This document shows positions 26,669-39,058 of a stretch of DNA of 64,000 bases, piece after piece. Position 1 is the first letter of the stretch, and each line of letters opens with the position of its first letter. This DNA comes from Octopus vulgaris (lineage: Eukaryota): contig OX597824.1 in the NCBI GenBank assembly GCA_951406725.2, positions 92,070,001 through 92,134,000 of the forward strand, written 5' to 3'. Made by a program: the position numbers and the translations under genes. The notes below the pieces were generated by a model. The model was not told where the DNA came from. It saw nothing but the letters and a program-made list of their open reading frames with translations, and made no database searches.

Positions 26669-26897
26669 CGAGACAAAACCACTATTTGAAAACCAAACAA
26701 GGAAAGACTTAATCAATACATAAAATTTTAATATAAATTAAATAAACCGCCACTACAAATGTTTCATGTCTGCTCCGACAATCTTCAGACATGAAACATT
26801 TGTAGTGGCAGTTTATTTAATTTATATTAAAATTTTATGTATTGATTAAGTCTTTCCTTGTTTGGTTTTAAAATAGTGGTTTTGTCTCGAATTATAT
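26661..26897. repeat. Near-perfect fold-back palindrome (112-bp arms, 13-nt loop, 2 mismatches) inside (TA)n
   Basis: Arms 26661-26772 and 26786-26897. Loop ctccgacaatctt. An unpaired tail of about 90 bp runs to about 26990, followed by (TA)n. Confidence 0.95.
26748..26788 (-). ncRNA. Hammerhead core spanning the palindrome loop; 5' strand of stem I lost at the fold-back point
   Basis: Minus strand: CTGAAGA-T-TGTC(GGAGCA)GACA-T-GAAA-CA-TT-TG-TA-GTGGCGG. Confidence 0.6.
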
Positions 26898-26983
26898 TAT
26901 ATAATATTTTACTATAAAATTGGATTTAACCCTAAATCTGATTTTTCCCTGTAATTTTGGATTCATTCCCTAATATTTATTAT

Positions 26984-27061
<78 letters not shown>

Positions 27062-27266
27062 GAATATATATATATATATATATGTATGTACCAACTTCAC
27101 GGCAGGAGGTGCAGATGAGGGCAGCTGCATCGAACTCTCTCATGCATCAGATGGCGTTTGCTAAAAAGCATCCGTGAGGTAAAATCGTGTAGCAAACCAA
27201 ATGACGGTGCCCCAGCATGGCCACAGCTCATTAGCTGAAACTGGAAAAATCAAAATCAAAATCAAA

Positions 27267-27404
<138 letters not shown>

Positions 27405-27649
27405 AAGGTGGAGGAATTTGATGAGAGTCTTGAACTATATTTGGAAAACAAAAACAATATGACGGATTTTAAATATGAATAATATGGATTATTGCAGAAG
27501 AATAACCAAGGAAGAATATATGGATTTAAAGACTGTAACCCACTGGGGTCAATGTAATCGACTTATTGCCTTTGACTATTCTTCTTTGTCCCCTCGGTGT
27601 TCACTGTGTAGCCTCCTGTGGGCAATAAAGTAATAAATATACGCCTTTC

Positions 27650-27990
27650 TACTTTTACTCTCTTTTACTTGTTTCAGTCATTTGATTGCGGCCATGATGG
27701 AGCACTGACTTTACTCGAGCAAATCGACTCCAAATCGACCTTATTCTTTGTAAGCCTAGTACTTATTCTATCGATCCCTTTTGCTGAACCGCTAAGTTAC
27801 GGGGACGTAAACACACCGACACTGGTTGTTTTTTTTTCAGTTTCCGTCTAACAAATCCACTCACAAGGCTTTGGTCAGCTTAAGGCTATAGTAGAAGACA
27901 CTTGCCCAGGGTGCCACACACTGGGACTGAACCCGGAACAATGTGGTTGGTCAGCTAGTTACTTGGCACACAGCCACTCCTGCGCCTATA
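27650..27990 (-). mobile_element. SINE family A, internally deleted
   Basis: Reverse complement of 63361-63770, lacking the internal TA/TG tract. Confidence 0.88.
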
Positions 27991-28511
27991 GTCACAAAGC
28001 CTAAAATTTTGGGGGAATAGATTGAACGCTGCACTCAAGTGGAAGTTATTTCAGGGAGCTCACCAAGGATTTCTCGCGAAGAATTTCCCAGGCGCGTCGA
28101 AGGTACGGCGTCTTATGAAATGGACATTCTTATAAAGTGTTGATATGATATTTCGGTTATTACGTTTTTCTGTATTTCAGTTGCAACGCGTGTATTATTG
28201 ATAAATATTCTTAACAATGATAGGTCTCTGCTCTTTCTAGAAAGCTATGACAAATGTTTAATATTTTGGTGGATAGAGTTTACTTTAACAAATGCGGTCG
28301 GAGGAAGCTGTGACTTGTGTTTCAGAAAAGAAGTGAATCTAGACAAGCAATAGAAAAACAAGAAAAAAAAAAAGAAAAACAAAAGTTAACAAAAACACGA
28401 AATTCTACGGTCTTCAGGTCATCTCTCAGAAATTATTTGATGAAATCAGTTTTTCATAAGGTACAGTAAGTAAGTATGTGTGCATGCGCGTGTGTGTGTA
28501 TACATACATCT

Positions 28512-28568
<57 letters not shown>

Positions 28569-28650
28569 CAGATACAGATATACAGACTCATATGAAGTGC
28601 ACGAGACAAGAGAAACGTTCAACGCACAGCATTATTTACTTCTGCGTTAT

Positions 28651-28698
<48 letters not shown>

Positions 28699-28796
28699 TA
28701 TATATATTTTTAATACGCCTTGAATGGTCCTTTTACATACTGAACACTACTTGGTGAAATTAATTAATAACTAATTGATTTGACCCTTAATTATTG

Positions 28797-28840
<44 letters not shown>

Positions 28841-28975
28841 ATGTATATATATATAAAAGTATGTTTTTGTAGGCATATATAAACACAGAGGAGGCATAAA
28901 TAATGGGTTTTGCGTGTTTGTATATTTGTGCGAAGCATGTATATCTCTATATATATGTACGCAAATATAAGTACG

Positions 28976-29012
<37 letters not shown>

Positions 29013-29034
29013 TGTATACGTATACATATATATT

Positions 29035-29075
<41 letters not shown>

Positions 29076-29079
29076 ATAA

Positions 29080-29111
<32 letters not shown>

Positions 29112-29365
29112 TATATTACACCACTGCACGCCTGTTAATACGCACGGTTTATGGTTTACTCGGTGCAATAGTTGGCTTGTGTGTACGCTTATCGTACAAA
29201 ACGCACCGACAGGAGGAGACCATTAATACGAAAGGGGGGGGGAGTAGAAGGTGTTGCGAACGACCTACAGCCATATCTATATAGTCCGTGGAAGTTCATT
29301 CCGTCTTATTGATTCTTGGTCTGTTTTGGTGTCAATGTTTTCGGCATTCATTTCTATGTATATAT

Positions 29366-29403
<38 letters not shown>

Positions 29404-29673
29404 CTGTGTGTGTGTATATTTTTTTGTTTCGTTTCAGCTGTCGGTCTCAAATTTTATCTTCATTTATACTCTATTGTTCTTACCGTTATCATTTATTGCC
29501 TTAAATTCTTTGGCATAGTCTAGACTTCACTTTCTTTTTACTTTTGAATCGTTATTTTTTTTCCCAATGTTTTATGTTTTGGCGTATGTTTACTGTTATC
29601 AACTTTTACGTACTTGGTTCATTTGATTATGTATTTTTTTTCACTCTATTTCCTTGCTATGGTGATTGAGCTA

Positions 29674-29690
29674 TTATTATTATCATCATC

Positions 29691-29773
<83 letters not shown>

Positions 29774-29775
29774 CA

Positions 29776-29818
<43 letters not shown>

Positions 29819-29854
29819 TATTTTTGTTTTTGTTATTATTATTATTATTATTAA

Positions 29855-29891
<37 letters not shown>

Positions 29892-29928
29892 GTTTTTGTT
29901 ATTATTATCATCATTATTATTATTATTT
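29674..29928. repeat. (TTA)n array
   Basis: Directly visible. Confidence 0.95.
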
Positions 29929-30172
29929 TGTTTCAGATATACGTATTGCTTTTTTACGTTTTATTGTTGACGGTTTGTTTTCTAGTTTACTTTCTAGTGT
30001 TTTGAAATGATTCGTCGAATTAATTTGACATCCCACCTGAAAGGAATAGAAGCGACCATATTTATATAATCTTATGCGTATATATACATGCAAACCGTTA
30101 TCCATACATATATAATTGTATATATATATATATATATATGTATGTACGTATATATATATATATATGCATATG

Positions 30173-30233
<61 letters not shown>

Positions 30234-30849
30234 GTGTGTGTGTGTGTGTGTGTGCGTGTGCGTGCGTAGGGCTGGCCAAATTGCAGCAATCTCGAGTATA
30301 ACCAGCAGAAATTGATGAAGGTCATAATTTTCAGACTCTCTCAGTTGTGCTGTTGCAGTATTTTTAGTGCAGTAATGTTGAAACACAGCAACCCCCACTA
30401 TTAGTTTAATACTATGACCGGACCACAGCTGAGATCAGTTGTCGTGTCCACACTGAGAACAATACTCGTCTTCTGTGTCAACATGACAACCTCGTAACGT
30501 GCGCTGAAGGACCTCATGAACCATCATGTCAATGGTGTATGTTATAGAAACTGATCCCTAAGTGATTTCCTATCTATGCGTCGGGAATTACAGTGATTTC
30601 AGGTTCGATATATATATGTGCAGGAACTGGAAACATTCTGAGAGCTCATGGCGCAAAGCATATTTCTGCATATCGTTTCTTTCACTCCACATGTGATAAT
30701 TTTGTAATGGACATGTCCAAAAGAGCCACAATTAACTTCAATGGCTACACACACACACACACTTACAGTACACACGCACATATTGTATATAAAGTATATA
30801 TATATATATATATATATACTTTATATACAACATGTGAGTCTTTCAACAT

Positions 30850-31071
30850 GTGATCTCTTAAGCACCACCAGCTCAAATATTTTCTCCTCTGTCTTCCCTC
30901 CTTGAGATCTTTCCTTCTCCTTGTTTCCGACGAAGAGCTCGGCTCGAAACGTTAAACCCTCCTTCCCTTCTTTCCTGAGCGTCAATAATACTTTAATTGT
31001 TCCACGTCCTGCGTTGTTGTGTTTTTTTCCTTTTTTTCTCTTTTTTTCTGTGTTTTCTTGTTTGGATTAAC

Positions 31072-31072
<1 letters not shown>
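30850..31072 (+). mobile_element. Second copy of the 9.9-kb HHR-bearing element, ending in (TA)n
   Basis: Collinear with 9910-10103. Confidence 0.85.
30923..30957 (+). ncRNA. Minimal type I hammerhead ribozyme motif (C4 variant)
   Basis: GTTT-CCGACGA-A-GAGC(TCG)GCTC-GAAA-CG-TT-AAAC. It differs from 9977-10011 by only one base, in loop II. Confidence 0.7.
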
Positions 31073-31119
<47 letters not shown>

Positions 31120-31170
31120 CATATATATATAGAGAGATAGATAGATAGACAGGCAGATAGACAGACAGAC

Positions 31171-31255
<85 letters not shown>

Positions 31256-31519
31256 TACGCAGGATTGCACCTACGGTCTAACACTAAGGACTTACCTATA
31301 TCCATGGAAATAAGTAAGGTTGCACCTAAGGACTCATGTTTTGGTTTCTATATCTTCGGAAAGATAATTTATGAATTTTACATTTCTTTTTGCTTCTTTC
31401 TTCCAATCTCATTATTCTCTTACTCCCTTCCTCTATGTCAACATCTCATTAATATATATCATTCTTATTTTTCCTATTTCTTTCCATATTTGTCTCTGAT
31501 GACACATTTTTTTCATATA

Positions 31520-31890
31520 CAGTCATAAATCTCTGATCGGTCCGACCAGTAGGAAAAGGTCCTTGCCTCGGACAATGCATCTTTTGAGACACCTGTATTC
31601 CATCTGGTTACAAAGTGAGCTACTTTACCGAACAGCTATGCTTCCATCTAAGATTTTAATTTTAAATCTTGTCTCCTTGCTAATCCACAGATAGTAGAAC
31701 ACCAAGAGTGTTTTGGCAGCTTCTTTGATTTGTTCGAACGAGTTCTTGGTATTGCTGTATTCAACATTAAGTAGTTGTGGTTGGATGTCACGACCTCTAA
31801 GGCCACAGTGAAAAGTCTTTCCTTCAGAGAAATCGTTTGCGTCCTTTGAATTCTTCGATGTTTGCTTAGTATGTCTCTGTTTTATTAGCA
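31520..31890 (-). mobile_element. Possible decayed 3' end of a HERO-like RLE retrotransposon
   Basis: The ORF reads EGKTFHCGLRG...IKEAAKTL...YLWISKE, resembling the VEVGCRG...EAAE..S.WLW.KR C-terminus. Weak. Confidence 0.3.
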
Positions 31891-32478
31891 TTTATTGAAA
31901 GCTTTTAAAGAAGAGAAGACAATTTGATAGATTGAGAGAAAGATATAGAGAAGACGAGTGAAAGTTATGAATACAAACAGAACGAATCGCAGAGAGGTAA
32001 GAATGAAAAGGTATCTATGTGATAGGGTCAAAGTGCCATGAAGTGGGACTTTGATGTGTAAGTGTTTGCTAACAGCATGCATATATCCAAATGATACAAT
32101 GTGGCTCAATTGTATTAACCTCAAATAGTCTGAGAAATTATTTCATTGTGTTTAGAAGAGGAGAACCAGCTATAAATATTTCTACAGCTTCAGGGAACGG
32201 TGTGAGGAATTGCTGCTGCAGCGCGGTTGGATTTTGTTGTCTGGTCGAGTGTTATTTGATTAAGGTGTTAAATGGTGATGTCATGGTATATATCTCACAT
32301 TAATTGCGTTTATAGTGAGTTAGTGCTTGATCTGCTGGTATGTTAGCGCTATACTGACGTTAATACGTGCTATGAACTGATAGTAAGTTTGTATGTACGC
32401 ATGCATGCACGTATGTATGTATATATGTGTGTATGTATGTCAGTATGTAAGCCAGTACGCATGTATGTACTATGCATG

Positions 32479-32554
<76 letters not shown>

Positions 32555-32788
32555 CTGGGTATTTGTATGTATATATATATATATTTATATACATATACAT
32601 AAAATTATAAACACATAATATATATAGTCATATATATAATTTATACATTTATGTGCATATATATACAAATATACGTATGTGTGTGTGTTTGAATATATAT
32701 ATATATATATGTATGTGTGTGTATGTATATATCTGTGTGTATGTTTGTGTCTGTACTGATCCAACGCCCTGCTGCCGTATGTATGTAC

Positions 32789-32819
<31 letters not shown>

Positions 32820-33063
32820 TGTATGTATGTATGTATGTATGTATGTATGTATGTATGTATGTATGTATGTATGTATATACCTATGTATGTATGAATAAAG
32901 GAATGGAGGAATGTATGGTACTCTTGTGTTTTTACTTATTTAGATTCTTCCTCTGAGGAAGGAACTGGTCGACAACAAAGATACAAAAAAATCGATGGAT
33001 TGTAGATAACGAAAACAAATGTCACATTTTAAAAGGTATGTATGCTTGCATACATACATGTAC

Positions 33064-33106
<43 letters not shown>

Positions 33107-33138
33107 AGTCAAATGACAAACAAATAAGAGAATAAAAG

Positions 33139-33174
<36 letters not shown>

Positions 33175-33288
33175 TGTATAGGGAAACAGTTTAAGTAAGT
33201 AGGTGTGAAAGAGGGGAGGATGGGAAAGAGAGCGAGAAATAGAGAGTTGTGAGAGAGAAACGTAAATATATATCATTATGTGTGTGCG

Positions 33289-33332
<44 letters not shown>

Positions 33333-33881
33333 CACATATCCAGGTGTGTGTAGTCTTATGTATATGTACATTTAAACACTTACACATACATTTAGATATA
33401 ACACGTGTGTGTGTGTGTCTGTGTGAGTGCGTTTATGTGTGTATCCGCGTGCCTGTGTGTGTGTTTCTATCCAAACAGTTGGCGAATGCGTGCGTTACGC
33501 ATGTATGGAAACGTATAGGTTGCAATAATACCATTTAGTTAGGAGCGATAGTAAAATAAAACTGATATATGCACAAAAAAAAGAGGAAATAAAACAAACG
33601 TTTAATTTTGTTAGTTCGAGTTTGTCCGTCCGTTTTTATAATATGTTGCGTTACGGTATTTATATAAACTGTTTGTGTGGCGGTTTCTATTAGGTTACAA
33701 TTTTCGTCCATTCTTCTTCGTCAGCATCCTGGCCTTTTTGTGTTCTTATTTCCTTCTTTTTTTTTTTATTCGTCATCGTCTCCTTCCCTTCTTCTCTTTA
33801 CCATCTTTGCCATCACCCCCCCCCCCAGCATCGTCATCATCCTCCACACGGACATCGTCGCTGTTCTCATAGTCAACATAT

Positions 33882-34053
33882 AGGCGTAGGATTGGGTGTG
33901 TAGTAAGTAGCTTGCTTACCAACCACATGGTTCCGAGTTCGGTCCCACTGCGTGGAAACGTGGGCAAGTGTCTTCCACTACAGCCTCGGGCCGACCAAAG
34001 CCTTGTGAGTGGATTTGGCAGACGGAAACTGAAAGAAACCCGTCGTATATATG

Positions 34054-34124
<71 letters not shown>

Positions 34125-34500
34125 ATATATATATATATTTGTGTTCTCTGTTTGTCCCCCAACATCGCTTGACAACAGGTGCTGGTGTGTTCACGTCCCC
34201 GTAACTTAGCGGTTCGGCAAAATGAACCGATAGAACAAGTACTAGGCTTACAAAGAATAAATCCTGGGATCGATTTGTTCGACTAAAAGGCGGTGCTCCA
34301 GCATGGCTGCAGTCAAATGACTGAAATAAGTAAAAGAGTAAAAGTGTTTCCATATTTCCGGGCGACATGCTTAGGTGTATTTCGTCTGTCTTTACGTTTT
34401 GAGTTCAAATCCCGCCGAGGTCGAATTTACGTACTGGGGTCGATCTAATCGACTGGCGCCTTTCCCTAATATTTTGCACCTTGTGCCTTGAGTAGAAAAG
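33882..34500 (+). mobile_element. SINE family A (33882-34343, with expanded internal TA tract) followed by a SINE family B fragment
   Basis: Collinear with 63361-63770. Family B motif gagttcaaatcccgccgaggtcga at about 34400. Confidence 0.9.
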
Positions 34501-34974
34501 TATTCTATTAGGTTACATTTTTCTTCCATTCTGCTTCACCTGCATCCTGGGCATTTTGTTTTCTTTACACGTTATCTCCTTCTCCTCCCCTTCCTCTTTC
34601 CCATCTTTGCCATCATCACCAGCATCCTCCTTATCCTCCGCACTGACATCATCGTTGACAACATGGTCAATATACATATTGCCACCAACACCTACAAATA
34701 TCTCCATCCGCGACCCTCCGTCACGTTTTTACGCCCTTCATTATTTTCCTCATTCTTTTTGTCATCGACATCATTATCGCAAATCGTAATTGTCTCTTCT
34801 TCTTCCCTCTCATCCTCATCTTCGTCCCCCCCCTTTTCTTTCTTTTTTCCTCATCCTCTCCTTCAGCATCCTTTTGTTTCGAAAATTAATTCTGCTCTTC
34901 CGTTATGCAATCATTGTTTCGGGAAGTTTATAACTAAAAGAGACATCTACCAGGTAAATTAAGAAACGTAGTAT

Positions 34975-34981
34975 TAGTAGA

Positions 34982-35032
<51 letters not shown>

Positions 35033-35224
35033 GCTACTACTACTACTACTAGTAGTAGCAGCAACAGTAGTATTAGTTGTAGCAGCAGGAGTAGCAAAAA
35101 CAACATCAGCTATAGTTGTAGTAGTATTAGCAGCAGCAGAGTGGTAGTGTTAGTAGTAGTAGCGATAGTTGTAACAGCAGCTACAGTTGTAGTAGTTATA
35201 GTAGTAGTAGCAGCAGCAGCAGAT

Positions 35225-35274
<50 letters not shown>

Positions 35275-35596
35275 ATGGCAACTGTAGTTTTAGTATTTGT
35301 AGTTATAGTAGTAGCAGCAGCAGAGTGGCGGAGGTAGTAGTAGTAATAGTAGTAGCAGTAGTAGTAATAGTAATAGCAACAGCAGTTGTAGTTGTAGTTC
35401 TTGTAGTAGTTGTAGCAGCTGTAGCTGCAGAGCACAGCAGAGTGGCGGTAGTAGTAGTAGTAGTAGTAGCAGTAGTAGTAGTAGCAGTAGTAGTAGTAGT
35501 AGTAGTAGTAGTAGCAGCAGTAGCAGTAGTAGTAGCAGCAGTAGTAGTAGTAGTAGTAGTAGTAGTAGCAGTAGCAGTAGTAGTAGCAGCAGCAGC

Positions 35597-35645
<49 letters not shown>
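34975..35645. repeat. (CTA)n to (TAG/CAG)n compound trinucleotide array with a strand switch near 35050
   Basis: Directly visible. Confidence 0.93.
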
Positions 35646-35804
35646 ATATCATTAAATTTGTAATCTTCAGCTGGATGGAGTTTATTACCGTTGTTAATTG
35701 CTTTTGTAATTTATGTTTCCGCTGAATTTAGCATTTATTAGCATTTATTAGAGTTTCAACGATGACCATGCACATAACAGCAGCAGCAGCAGCAGCAGCA
35801 GCAG

Positions 35805-35836
<32 letters not shown>

Positions 35837-35844
35837 GCAACAGC

Positions 35845-35902
<58 letters not shown>

Positions 35903-36217
35903 TTTTCTACTATAGGCACAAGGTCCGACATTTTGGCCGTAGGCTACAAAGCCTTTCTTATATATCATGTTTATAGGCGCAGGCATGGCTGTTTGGTAAG
36001 AGGCTTGCGTGAGAGCTTGGGTAAGTGTCTACTACTATAGCCTTGAGCCGACCAAAGCCTTATGAATGGATATCATAGACCGAAACTGAATGCAGTACGA
36101 TCGTTTCATGCAACTCCATTTAATTGAACAATGCTATAAACATGATATATGTAAACAAACGAGAAAGGTTTTGTAGCCTACGCCAAAATTTCAGGCCTTG
36201 TGCCTATAGTAGAAAAG

Positions 36218-36295
<78 letters not shown>

Positions 36296-36298
<3 letters not shown>

Positions 36299-37019
36299 TA
36301 GTTTTATTTTTATAGCGTGCTTTCACTTCACTACCGAGCGCAGCTCTGTGTGCCTTGGGTATGTGCTGTGATTTGTTGTGATGCTCTGATGGTTATTGTA
36401 TGGAAAGTGTTCTGCGTAGGATGTGTGCAGTGCCCAGTAGTGCAATTTTCTGTATGTTATATGTGTTTGTAAGTCCTGGTGATTTTGTTATGTATTTGTC
36501 TGAATATTTTTTTATCATGCCTAATGCACCTACTATGATAGGAATTGTTTCTGTTTTCAGATTCCACATTCTAGTTACCTCTATTTCCAGGTCTTTGTAT
36601 TTTGAGAGTTTCTCCATTTCTTTTAGAGACACGTTGTCATCTGCCGGTACTGATACATCAATTAGAAAGCATTTTTTTTTCTTCATGGTCTCTGACAACT
36701 ATATCTGGTCTGTTGGCCTTAATTTCTCTATCTGTGTGTATCGGCATATCCCAGAGTATGGTTGCTTTCTCGTTTTCTGTGACCTTTTCTGGTGTGTGCC
36801 TATACCATCTTTTTTCTGTTGTTATTCCATAATGTTGGCATAGCTTCCAATGTATGTAAGTTCCAACTCTGTCATGTCTGTGAATATATTCCTTCTTAGC
36901 CAGGACTGGGCAGCTAGAGATAATATGATTTATTGTTTCTTGTCCATCTCCACATATTCTGCAGTTACTTGTAATATTTCTTTTCATTACATGTTTTTGG
37001 TAATTTCTGGTGGGGAGGC

Positions 37020-37020
<1 letters not shown>
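36296..37020 (-). mobile_element. 5'-truncated R4/Dong-like non-LTR retrotransposon in (TAA)n, copy 1
   Basis: CRICGDGQETINHIISSC (CCHC knuckle), RHD, NRPDIVV...LIDVSVP...EKLSKYKDL (restriction-like endonuclease), GTAHILRRTL. The 3' UTR ends in (TAA)n. Confidence 0.92.
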
Positions 37021-37065
<45 letters not shown>

Positions 37066-37068
<3 letters not shown>

Positions 37069-37965
37069 TAGTTTTATTTTTATAGCGTGCTTTCACTTCA
37101 CTACCGAGTGCAGCTCTGTGTGCCTTGGGTATGTGTTGTGATTTGTTGTGATGCTCTGATGGTTATTGTATGGAAAGTGTTCTGCGTAGGATGTGTGCAG
37201 TGCCTAGTAGTGCAATTTTCTGTATGTTATATGTGTTTGTAAGTCCTGGTGTTTTTGTTATGCATTTGTCTGAATATTTTTTTATCATGCCTAATGCACA
37301 TACTATGATAGGAATTGTTTCTGTTTTCAGATTCCACATTCTAGTTACCTCTATTTCCAGGTCTTTGTATTTTGAGAGTTTTTCCATTTCTTTTAGAGAC
37401 ACGTTGTCATCTGCCGGTATTGATACATCAATTAGAAAGCATTTTTTTCTTCATGATCTCTGACAACTATATCTGGTCTGTTGGCCTTAATTTCTCTATC
37501 TGTGTGTATCGGCATATCCCAGAGTATGGTTGCTGTCTCGTTTTCTGTGACCTTTTCTGGTGTGTGCCTATACCATCTTTTTTCTGTTGTTATTCCATAA
37601 TGTTGGCATAGCTTCCAATGTATGTAGGTTCCAACTCTGTCATGTCTGTGAATATATTCCTTCTTAACCAGGACTGGGCAGCTAGAGATAATATGATTTA
37701 TTGTTTCTTGTCCATCTCCACATATTCTGCAGTTACTTGTAATATTTCTTCTCATTACATGTTTTTCGTAATTTCTGGTGGGGAGGCTTTGGTCTTGTGC
37801 TGCAAGTAAAAATCCCTCTGTTTCTGCTTTGAGTCCTGAGCTTCTCAACCATTGCTGGGATTTTTCTTTGTCTATTTCTTTTGCGTTTAATTTAGTGCAG
37901 TATTTACCATGAAGCGGCTTTTCTTGCCATCGTTTTATTATGGTTCGTTGGTGTTCTATTTTTAG
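37066..37965 (-). mobile_element. 5'-truncated R4/Dong-like non-LTR retrotransposon, copy 2, tandem to copy 1
   Basis: Same motifs plus LRSSGLKAETEGFLLAAQDQ. Few substitutions relative to copy 1. Confidence 0.92.
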
Positions 37966-38072
37966 TTGCTGTTCTATTTTTAGTTGCTGTTCTATTTTCA
38001 GTTGCTGTTCTATTTTTAGTTTATTTGTTCTATTTTTAGTTGCTGTTCTATTTTTAGTTTATTTGTTCTATT
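37952..38072. repeat. About 6.5 tandem copies of an 18-20 bp unit (tgttctatttttagttgc) at the 5' truncation point of the R4/Dong copy
   Basis: Directly visible. The first unit is contiguous with the element's coding sequence. Confidence 0.85.
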
Positions 38073-38183
38073 ACTGGAGTGAGACAGCATGTTCTTTGTC
38101 TATCGCATTTAGTTCTTGGAGATTTTAGGTATAATTATACTAATGCATCCATCTGTACTAACTTATTTAAATTCTATGTCTTT

Positions 38184-38263
38184 GTGCAGCTCTACATTTT
38201 AAATTGATGTAATGATTGCATTGTTCAATTAAATGGAGTTGCATGAAACGATCGTACTGCATT
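38184..38263 (+). ncRNA. Damaged hammerhead motif with perfect palindromic stem III
   Basis: ...ATGA-T-TGCA(ttgttcaattaaatggagt)TGCA-T-GAAA-CGATCG-TA-CTGCAT. The CUG of the 5' core is missing or displaced. Confidence 0.5.
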
Positions 38264-38410
38264 ACCTCTGGATATTGTTGTTGCTTATTTTGATTTTAAT
38301 CACGTTACTTTGAAATTGTAAGGTCAACACCGTACTAAATTCAGGTGTCTCAACTTAAGTGCCGTATTCATATGAATCTCTCTATCTCTCTATCTATCTA
38401 TATATATATA

Positions 38411-38466
<56 letters not shown>

Positions 38467-38467
38467 A

Positions 38468-38512
<45 letters not shown>

Positions 38513-38534
38513 CATATATACATATATACATATA

Positions 38535-38577
<43 letters not shown>

Positions 38578-38608
38578 AAGGGTGAAAAGGAACACACGAG
38601 TTGATATC

Positions 38609-39058
38609 TATGAAAAAACAAGTCAAAAATAGAAAATGCTAAAATAATTTTATAGCGAACATTTCAGTACCGGTTTCGGTCATTTTGAGACCTTTTCAAC
38701 TGTAACGATTAAATAATTAAATTTAGAAAAATTAGAAAAATTAGAAGAAAAGTTTTTTAAAAGAATATTTCTATAGTAGTGTTCAGATTTAAGTGGCATT
38801 CTGCCTTTCTCTGACTCCCTTGTTTGCACTTGTTTGCACACAAGTGCAAACAAGGGAGTCAGAGAAAGGCAGAATGCCACTTAAATCTGAACACTACTAT
38901 AGAAATATTCTTTTAAAAAAACTTTTCTTCTAATTTTTCTAATTTTTCTAAATTTAATTATTTAATCGTTACAGTTGAAAAGGTCTCAAAATGACCGAAA
39001 CCGGTACTGAAATGTTCACTATAAAATTATTTTAGCCTTTTCTATTTTTGACTTGTTT

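Noticed and set aside
28395-28435. Weak HHR-like strings here and at about 2865-2905, 11860-11895 and 32950-32975
   Set aside because: Each lacks either GAAA, an intact core or pairable stems, so I cannot support them by eye.
30265-30750. Possible Tc1/mariner-derived remnant
   Set aside because: Only vague TIR-like and C-terminal similarity. The ends do not pair convincingly.
37952-38072. CRISPR-like array
   Set aside because: Contiguous tandem units without unique spacers, eukaryotic context and no cas genes.
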